From Nemertoderma westbladi (Eukaryota > Animalia > Xenacoelomorpha), in assembly GCA_032718475.1 (NCBI GenBank), contig JAUCBJ010006820.1:1-64000 (forward strand): a stretch of DNA of 64,000 nt. The letters run 5' to 3'. A program made the position numbers and the translations under genes. Positions within the stretch are counted from its first letter, which is position 1. The number at the start of each line of letters is the position of its first letter. Below, piece by piece: positions 56,526 to 64,000 of this stretch. Below the pieces are notes generated by a model. The model saw only the letters and a list, made by a program, of their open reading frames with translations, ran no database searches and had not been told where the DNA came from.

Positions 56526-59500
56526 ATGGAGAGGGATATTAGAGCGCAACCGCGCAGAGGATTTACTGCCAGAGAGGAGGCGGAGCTACCATTCGCGCGA
56601 CCAGGATGTAAAGACTCTAACGTTTACTACCATGGGCGGTCCGTGATGGAGCTGAACGGGAAGTATAAACCAAGTTATGATAAAGAATTACGGAGAGAAA
56701 GAATGAGAGCGTTGGGGGACCGGATGGAAGTTTTGCGGAGAGAGTATCGCACGCGGTATCCCTACGACTTTGCTTTGGACGTGTGCGACATTAGCGCAGA
56801 TCCGGACGAGGAAATCGCACGACTATACCATATGAATATGTATTTACGACACGAGGAGCCTCTACCTGCAGTCCGAGACCAGTTCGACGGAATGCACCTG
56901 TATCGGAGGACTCGAGGCGAGGATCAGGAGACGCCGAAAGTCTTCAGCGTATACAAGCTCTTCTACAAGTGTGGTGAATGCATGAATAAACAGGACGTGG
57001 CGATTCCCGACCGACTAGACGAGCAACATCCGGAACCGATATTAACGCGATGTCCAGCTCACCAATTCCTTAGATACAACGAGGGAGGTTACCCGATGAG
57101 CAACCCGATGATCAGTATCGACTTCAGCGGAAAGCGACCTCCGAGACCCATTACGCCGACCGTTACGACATTAGATCCGTATACGGAGATTAAACCCTGT
57201 TCGACACCCAGTTTGATAGAGACGGCAGCGGCCATTTCGCTGTACCGAGCCTATAAGGATCTAGAGGCGCGGCGCGAAGCGGCGCGGGACTCGGGTACCA
57301 AACCCGCGGGTTTGGAGCTCTCGAGTCCCTGGACTGCGTTTACTTCACCTCACCGAGTGAGAAGCCTCACGCCTGAGCATCAGGACGACATAGACGCGTT
57401 GCGGCAGGAGGAGCGAGCGGCGAAGGCAAAAGAGTTATTTGAGAACAGGATAGCGGAGTATAATAAGACCGCGGATAGACATCAAGAGGAGACGAGGAGA
57501 GTGACCGGATTTGTTCCACAGGTCGTATCTCAACCCGGACCGGTGTATTATTCCGACGGCACCGAACCTGCGATATTAGTAGATCATCCGGAGTCGCGAG
57601 AAGCGATACGATTCTTGCCGATGGTAAGAATGGCGGACCATTGGAACGTTGACTGTCTACGGGAAGTTTTATGCGCGAAGTTCTTGCGTGATGTCCCAAT
57701 GCAGATCACAGATTATGACACGTTGGATAAGATTGGAGCTCCGGGGAAGGAGAGTAAACTATTCGGATGGTTGGATAAGTACATCAAGGTATGGGTCGCG
57801 GTGGCTACATTCCCAGACGACGAGGAGGTAGACCAGACGTGGCTGAGGAGGAAGGGTTCTTATACCCGATATGATGACCACAAGGCGATCGAGCGCATGT
57901 GGACCCCATCAGATGAGATTCAGCGTCAGTGGAGGAAGACGGAGGAATCGCTGCAAGATTGGAGGGTGATGTTCTACGACAATGAAGGAGGGTCCCATCA
58001 AGAATGCTTGACCAGCAAGTGTATTCAAGTTCGTGCGGCCGATAGTGTGACTCATGTGTTTATGCGTGTGAGGGCGGATCGAGAGAGACCGGAGCCCATC
58101 ATAACGACACAATATCGGAAGGGGAAGGATCCTAGGGAACAGATTTTGGAGGTATGCAGGCGAGGAGGTATGCACGGAGCGGAGCGTATCGACGCCAGGA
58201 TGTTACCAAAGAAAGTTAGAGAGGCTATTCTCAACCAAGATTACGTCAAGGTGGGATCGGGAGTCCAGAGCGATTTGGAGAGCGACTTCAACGCCATGAC
58301 TGATCTGGAAGATAGATTGCCGAGACCGTTTGTCGACACCAAGCTATTGTTGCTATGGGCACAGGATATTGGAATTTATAGGGAGTATCCCAACTCTGCC
58401 AAGACTGGTATGGGCTTTATAGCACACTTGTTGTATAATTGGGACTTTAAGTTGAAGACGCAGAAGAAGTACGAGGAGGCGTATGGTGAATACAACACGC
58501 CACCAGGAGCGGAGTTCAAATCCCACTTCAAGCGGCAAGCGTTAGTGTATTGGAACATTTGCGCGCCACCCCGTGCGTCGCTACAATATTATTTGGTGCT
58601 TGAGTCGAACACGGTGACTTGTTTATTAGCGGATATCGTTGCGCGAGTTTTGAAGCGTCATCCATTGGTATTCGGAGGAGATCAATACGTTCGCTCGAAA
58701 GGGGGAATCCAATCCGACGTGATGAAGCGTTTCTTAACCCCGTTCTTCAACCAATCGTTAGAGAATACGTCGATGGTGAGGAGAGGATTAGCGATATTCG
58801 AAGGAGTATATCGACAGAACATCGGAGATTTGGGAGACCGACCGTCGATGGAATATCCGACGCCAGAAGCTTTGGAGAAGTGGTTCGGGAATCAAACCCG
58901 CGGGTTTGGTACTCCCTTCCACTCGGAGGCTGATAGACCTGTTAAGGAGGGCTGGCCGGAAACGTTAGTAGAGGTGTTCGGAGTAGATCTTCCGGTGGAG
59001 AAGACATATCCGAAACGAACGCGGGAGGAAATATTGGAGATAGAGGACAAGGGCGAGGATGTTTACTTTGTTCCGGATCGACAACCGTTGACCGGAGAGG
59101 ACGACATCGTATTAGACATTGGGAAGGAAGGAAGTGCGAAACCGATTGGAGACCTCATATACGAGAGGGCCTGGTTTCCACAAGCGCGTAGGTGCAAATT
59201 GTGCGGCAGCACAAGGCACAATCTAAAGTCGTGCGACGCGGTAATAGAGGCGGCGCATAAGGTCTGTCGTTGGTGTAATGAGACCGACCATTCGTTTCAC
59301 ACGTGCACCGTCTTCATTTCTCAATGTGGATATTGTGGAGTAAAAGGACATCGTAGCGCGAGATGTCAGCTGCGAGATGATTCCTTTCAAAACCATAGCG
59401 CTAACCTACTTCGGGAGATGTTAGACAAGTGGGAGAGTGTGGCGGATTACCATATTCAAGCGCAGATGCGTTGGTTACCATTTAAAGCGGGATATGGGTT

Positions 59501-60233
59501 TTGGGCGGTAGACCCATCGCATGTTGCGTACGAGCCATATCTACAATCGCTACCACAATATCAGGAGCTCATCCTAACTGCTCAAGACCTTCCACAGAAC
59601 ACTGGAGTTATCGTAGTCCGAGAATACTTCAGACAATTGAACATGGACAATAAGTACACATGGAACTTCGTTGCTATTTGCGATCGCATCACGAAGGGTG
59701 TATTTACGGAGACTAGAAAAGTGGTACGCGCGCGAGGTGATTGGAGGATGGCGGCTATACAATACCGCAACGAATTCTTGTTGACTCATGTGCCGGTGGG
59801 TTCATTGACCGCCGAGAGGATACAGGAACAAAGGATCGCAGCGACCACAGCGACGACCGCTGGAGCTCAAGGCTCGCGGAAAGAACCAGGAGGAGGGGTC
59901 CAAGACAAGCGTCAAGTCAAGGACGACCACTACCACTCTATTATAGAAGCGCAAAGGTTGCAGCGCAAGGCGCAGGGGGCGTCTGAGAAAGCGCGTGTGC
60001 AACTGCAGAAGGAAGAGTTGGCGGAAGCGACCACGGGAGCGCGACAATTGGGACGAGGCCGAGGGAGAAGTTCGAGCCGAGAATCTGTCGGGGCTCAGGG
60101 AACGTCGTCGCCGGTTCCGGGGAGTGACGCCTCACGGACGCCGTCAACGGAGTCGACTAGAGGTAGATTAGTGTATCTGGGAAGGGGGCGAAAGAGAGGA
60201 GCGAGCCCAAAGAACCCAGGAGCGGGTCGATAA
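56526..60233 (+). CDS. Extra ORF (1235 aa): DEDDy/RNase D-like 3'-5' exonuclease domain plus three CCHC zinc knuckles
   Basis: ExoI FYDNEG (57978), CIQV, LPKKVREAILNQDYVKVGSGVQSDL (ExoII), FVDT, GMGFIAHLL, W...LQYYLVLE (ExoIII-like). Knuckles CKLCGSTRHNLKSC, CRWCNETDHSFHTC and CGYCGVKGHRSARC at 59193-59366. No signal peptide or TM segment seen. Confidence 0.78.
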   Translation: MERDIRAQPRRGFTAREEAELPFARPGCKDSNVYYHGRSVMELNGKYKPSYDKELRRERMRALGDRMEVLRREYRTRYPYDFALDVCDISADPDEEIARLYHMNMYLRHEEPLPAVRDQFDGMHLYRRTRGEDQETPKVFSVYKLFYKCGECMNKQDVAIPDRLDEQHPEPILTRCPAHQFLRYNEGGYPMSNPMISIDFSGKRPPRPITPTVTTLDPYTEIKPCSTPSLIETAAAISLYRAYKDLEARREAARDSGTKPAGLELSSPWTAFTSPHRVRSLTPEHQDDIDALRQEERAAKAKELFENRIAEYNKTADRHQEETRRVTGFVPQVVSQPGPVYYSDGTEPAILVDHPESREAIRFLPMVRMADHWNVDCLREVLCAKFLRDVPMQITDYDTLDKIGAPGKESKLFGWLDKYIKVWVAVATFPDDEEVDQTWLRRKGSYTRYDDHKAIERMWTPSDEIQRQWRKTEESLQDWRVMFYDNEGGSHQECLTSKCIQVRAADSVTHVFMRVRADRERPEPIITTQYRKGKDPREQILEVCRRGGMHGAERIDARMLPKKVREAILNQDYVKVGSGVQSDLESDFNAMTDLEDRLPRPFVDTKLLLLWAQDIGIYREYPNSAKTGMGFIAHLLYNWDFKLKTQKKYEEAYGEYNTPPGAEFKSHFKRQALVYWNICAPPRASLQYYLVLESNTVTCLLADIVARVLKRHPLVFGGDQYVRSKGGIQSDVMKRFLTPFFNQSLENTSMVRRGLAIFEGVYRQNIGDLGDRPSMEYPTPEALEKWFGNQTRGFGTPFHSEADRPVKEGWPETLVEVFGVDLPVEKTYPKRTREEILEIEDKGEDVYFVPDRQPLTGEDDIVLDIGKEGSAKPIGDLIYERAWFPQARRCKLCGSTRHNLKSCDAVIEAAHKVCRWCNETDHSFHTCTVFISQCGYCGVKGHRSARCQLRDDSFQNHSANLLREMLDKWESVADYHIQAQMRWLPFKAGYGFWAVDPSHVAYEPYLQSLPQYQELILTAQDLPQNTGVIVVREYFRQLNMDNKYTWNFVAICDRITKGVFTETRKVVRARGDWRMAAIQYRNEFLLTHVPVGSLTAERIQEQRIAATTATTAGAQGSRKEPGGGVQDKRQVKDDHYHSIIEAQRLQRKAQGASEKARVQLQKEELAEATTGARQLGRGRGRSSSRESVGAQGTSSPVPGSDASRTPSTESTRGRLVYLGRGRKRGASPKNPGAGR

Positions 60234-60722
60234 TACATTATGGCACAGGGCGACAGACTCTAGATATATACATCATCGTCGCTCTGATGTATATTGTAGC
60301 ATTTGAAAATTTTCGACTAGACTCGTATACACTAGTTGAGTTATTTGAATTTATATTATGAAAGAGGCGAAGGAAGTGATTGGGGAGACAAACCTGCGGG
60401 TTTGTCTTACTCCTTTCACTTACCCTAGCAAAATTTTTATATTTGATTTTGTATGTAGTAATCATTATGTAGTAAGAATGAACGAGAGACAATATTTTGT
60501 AAATTTAATTTGTATGTAATAATCGTTAAACAATGAGAGAGATAATATTTTGTAAACTTAATTTGTATGTAATTCATTATGCAATATCTATGGCAATATT
60601 TGTAAATAGTAGAATTATTATGTTATTTAGATTGGTTGGAAGAAATTTATTTTGTTTTGTATACATCACCTTATACTCTTCTACAATTGGAGGGAAACAT
60701 TATATGATTTCCCTTGGAGCGG

Positions 60723-62926
60723 TGTTACGGTATATGGCGCTGTATCCACAGTATTAGTCCATTATGCTGTATCCACAGTATTAGTCCATTATGCAGTATG
60801 CAGTATTAGTCCATTATGCAGTATGCAGTATTAGTCCGTTATACTGTACGTAATATTAGTCCGTTGTGCAGTATAATTATTTAGATAAGGTGCAGTGTGG
60901 TGACATTTAGGTAAGGAAGTTAAAACGCCCATATATTTTGCATCCATTCATTTTGTATAGTATGTAGCCCTACCTACGTAATTTTGTATTAGGATATATG
61001 TAGATAGTTCCAGGGTAGCGAGTTTACTCGGACCCTGGATTTTGTGCTTGCTGATATTAGTTTGATAGGGCTAGCATATAGGGACGCTGTCCTGGCCATT
61101 CAGCAGCCAGAGACGTGATCCATTACCATATATGGTAATAATTTGAGGGCATAGGGCTACAATCCGGTCTCCTTATTGGATTAACTGCTTCCAGGTTGGT
61201 TTAATGCTAGCATAGACTGGAGAGCCAATGGGAGAGCGATTGAGTCACCTTATTGCATCACCCCATCCGGATCACCTATAAATTGGCGGTGTGCCGGTAG
61301 GGCCTTTGTTGTTCATATGTTCATGCTTTATCACATGACACACCCCTGTTACAATTTACTTGCTGAGCTGTCTCTAATTTTGTATTAGGATATCGTATTT
61401 TCTGCAATTTGCTAATTTGATTAATTTCTTGAAATGATTTGCTAGTGCGATTACTTGCTTGTGTTTCTCAATAATTCCTTCGATTACTGCTAATTACAAT
61501 TGAACTATGATTTCTACTCTTTGATTAATGGTTCTATGTGATTCTTTTCTGCGCAATAATCCTAAGGGATTTCTGAGACTGTCAGACTTTGTGATTTGCA
61601 TGCGCCGCTACGATAGCTATTAGCATCATGGAGGGCTAAGGTGCCAGTGGGCGGTGGGCGCATCGGGGGGTTGAGCGACTAGGAGAGAGCGGAGGATTCA
61701 AAGCGGGCAACGCTGGCCAGGGTCACCGTTGCGGGCGGGTATCTTGCACTGCGGCACGCAGACCGATCGCCGGTACAGTATCTAGGGGGCTGATGATCCA
61801 GGTTTTGTCTCTATTTAGTATTAGGGGGGCAGGAATTGGGTTAGTTAGGAATCCTAGATGTACCCGGGAGAGGCCTGCGCGTATTACAACGTTGAGTGTG
61901 GAGTACGAGTAGTGAATTGCACAATTGTAAACTGTGATTTCTAACGCTGATTGGTGTGTTATTGAAGTGTGCCTAAGATTACGAATGCTTAGATAGGCGC
62001 TCTTTCTCCTTTGATTGATTTCTATTTCTTAGTTACAATAATTAGTTATTGATTAGGTCAAAGTAATACGGCAATTTAGGCTATTACTAGCGAAACCTGT
62101 TGCGTGATAGATTAGAATTACGTATTCTGGAATTCTTAGTAATTAGTACGCTGTTAAATATTTGTGACTGTAATTAATTAGTAAAAATTAAGAATTAGTA
62201 CGCAGCATAGCGGAGAGTAGCTAAGGTAATAATTAGTGTACTGTAAACTATTCACGCTGAGCGGTTATTTGCATTAGCGGGCAATCAGCTAGAACGCACT
62301 ATTCGGTACGCACGATACGCTAGTAATTTTGCTGGCCTAAAGCCAGCCGCGGGCAGTTTTAGACTCGGAGTGGTGTTATCCACGTAGAAACAGATACTGT
62401 ACCATTTTGATATTTTAAATATTCTCGCATTCACACATTACGTTAGGGAACCTCCAGTATTCGCGATTAGAAAGACGTAGGTAATAGCGTGCTTTAATAG
62501 TGATAAAATTAGGCGTAAGAATACTCTGAGTGCAAGGCCTCTCGCACTCGTCTTAAGTAAGCTTAGGGAGCCGACTCGGGTTTATTGTTTTGGTTATTCC
62601 CGCGTGGCTCATAGATTCGAACAGTTAGCTCTCTATCGAGCAATCGGTAGAGAAAGGAACAAGCGATTTTGCAGGAGTTGTGTAAAATTAGTAAAATATA
62701 TTAGTGGACGGCAGATTAGCGCCATCTAACGGTAAGTAGCGGTTTTGTATTTAGCAACCCTTACAATTTAGTAATAGCACGCTCCTAATCCCCTTTACTT
62801 AACAGTAGAGCAGTTTTTGTGTCTTATTGGATAGGCGAGAGCTCATTAGGTTGGCAGAAGGATATTAACGGGTATTGGTCTGTTCAACAGTTCTGCTGTT
62901 AGTATAGAGGTCGCGGTTGTTTATCA
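60723..62926 (+). repeat. 3' LTR of element B (2204 bp)
   Basis: Direct repeat of 44454-46661, immediately preceded by GGAGCGG (PPT-like, 60716-60722). Confidence 0.96.
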
Positions 62927-62931
62927 AAATG

Positions 62932-63773
62932 CTTCGTTATCAGTCTCACTCATACACAATGCTGCACAATACTGCACACTGATCTGCCGATCTTCACTGA
63001 TTTTAGTCACATATAAAGGGAACACAGACCGACTCATGTAGGGTCTATCAGATAACATTAGATTCACTTCAAACCACTTTAACATAAGTCACAATCGTTA
63101 TATGTAACCTTTCTCTCTTACCTTCGGTATATCAAGAATATTGGGTTTCGGGGTAATTTCTCGTTATTCCAAATATAATAATTCATCAACAAATATAATG
63201 AATAACCGACAGCAAAGCAGTAATGTTAAGTAAGATAAATGCAATGAGATAACCAGTGAGATATTAAGTCAGTGAGTTGAGATATCAAGTTTGGTTTGAT
63301 AACGGATATATGTCCTTATAATTAAGCCTACTAGTGTTAGGCTAAAAGCAGAAAAGCACTAAATATTCTAAAGCCGTTCTTTCCTGGCTCAGGACAGAAT
63401 GTAAACACTGCCCATAAAGCATGGAGTGATTTCTAGGAAATTTCTGTAAAAGAGCCATAAAAATGCTCTGATTGGCTGACTGAACTGAGAGATGCCGTAG
63501 AACAAAGAAAATCGACACGTATGAATGTCAGCTGTTAACCGTCGTCATAGTAACTACTGTTCAAGAGTAGCTATCACCTTTTGCGTCACGGAATTGCCAT
63601 AGAATCATCAACTATGCCTTCCACAGTACACATACGGAAGAAATAGCTCTTAGATCCTCTAAAAACACCGATACAGCAATAATACGGCCTCTTACGCCTA
63701 TTAAACCAACTACAGAGTATTTTACGGGAAAAATAAGAGAAAATAACCGGGCAATTCAGCAAAAGCTTTTACA
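62932..63773 (-). repeat. 5' LTR of element A, outer (U3-side) part
   Basis: Matches 29853-30694 and ends GCTTTTACA. 373 + 842 bp = 1215 bp. Confidence 0.95.
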
Positions 63774-64000
63774 CACCACTAGCTTTGCTATCCACTGTTA
63801 GTTTGCTTTTCTTGTATATTTATCTTTTACCGATCACTAACCAATATACGCGGCCCTCTCATTCCAATACCGACTAAGTGCTTCGGTGCAAATTTTGAGA
63901 AAAAGCCGAAAGACTTTCTGGGTCGGTCATTTATGTTGTATATAAACAACAACAATGTAAATTATAAGTCACATAGGTAAAATGTAACCATAGATTTGTT

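Larger units (their letters stand above)
44454..62926 (+). mobile_element. BEL/Pao LTR retrotransposon B (18,473 bp) with an extra ORF
   Basis: LTRs TGTTACGG...TTTATCA at 44454-46661 and 60723-62926. Perfect AAATG TSD (44449-44453, 62927-62931). Removing B restores the A LTR sequence. Confidence 0.97.
29480..63773 (-). mobile_element. BEL/Pao LTR retrotransposon A (~15.8 kb without the insert), 5' LTR interrupted by element B
   Basis: TG...CA LTRs at 29480-30694 and 44081-44453 + 62932-63773. Flanks are CACCT (29475-29479) and CACCA (63774-63778), a 4/5 TSD match. Order is gag-PR-RT-RH-IN with BEL signatures. Confidence 0.95.

Noticed and set aside
36022-60147. Numerous short antisense or alternate-frame ORFs within the polyproteins and the extra ORF
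   Set aside because: Shadow ORFs of long coding sequences and their codon repeats, with no independent evidence.
56526-60233. Envelope glycoprotein
   Set aside because: No signal peptide, fusion peptide or transmembrane anchor. The motifs fit a nuclease plus zinc knuckles.

Overview
AT-rich, intron-containing animal genomic DNA, probably from an invertebrate. The left half (1-29.4 kb) holds five spliced exons of a MATCAP/KIAA0895-family tubulin tyrosine carboxypeptidase gene (minus strand). It also holds many unrelated tandem-repeat arrays, a TIR-bounded non-autonomous DNA element and a 5'-truncated poly(A)-tailed CR1/L2-group LINE. The right half is two young BEL/Pao LTR retrotransposons. 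Element A (minus strand, 29480-63773) has 1215-bp LTRs. Element B (plus strand, 44454-62926) has ~2.2-kb LTRs and an AAATG TSD, and is inserted into the 5' LTR of A. Main finding: neither element has a tRNA-type (TGG...) primer-binding site. In each, the 11-12 nt immediately after the 5' LTR are perfectly complementary to a sequence inside its own LTR, and the pairing stops exactly at the LTR edge. This suggests tRNA-independent self-priming in BEL/Pao elements. Element B also carries, in the env position, a 1235-aa ORF with a DEDDy-like 3'-5' exonuclease domain and three CCHC knuckles, a candidate primer-maturing or anti-silencing nuclease. All calls were made by eye; no searches or RNA folding were run.
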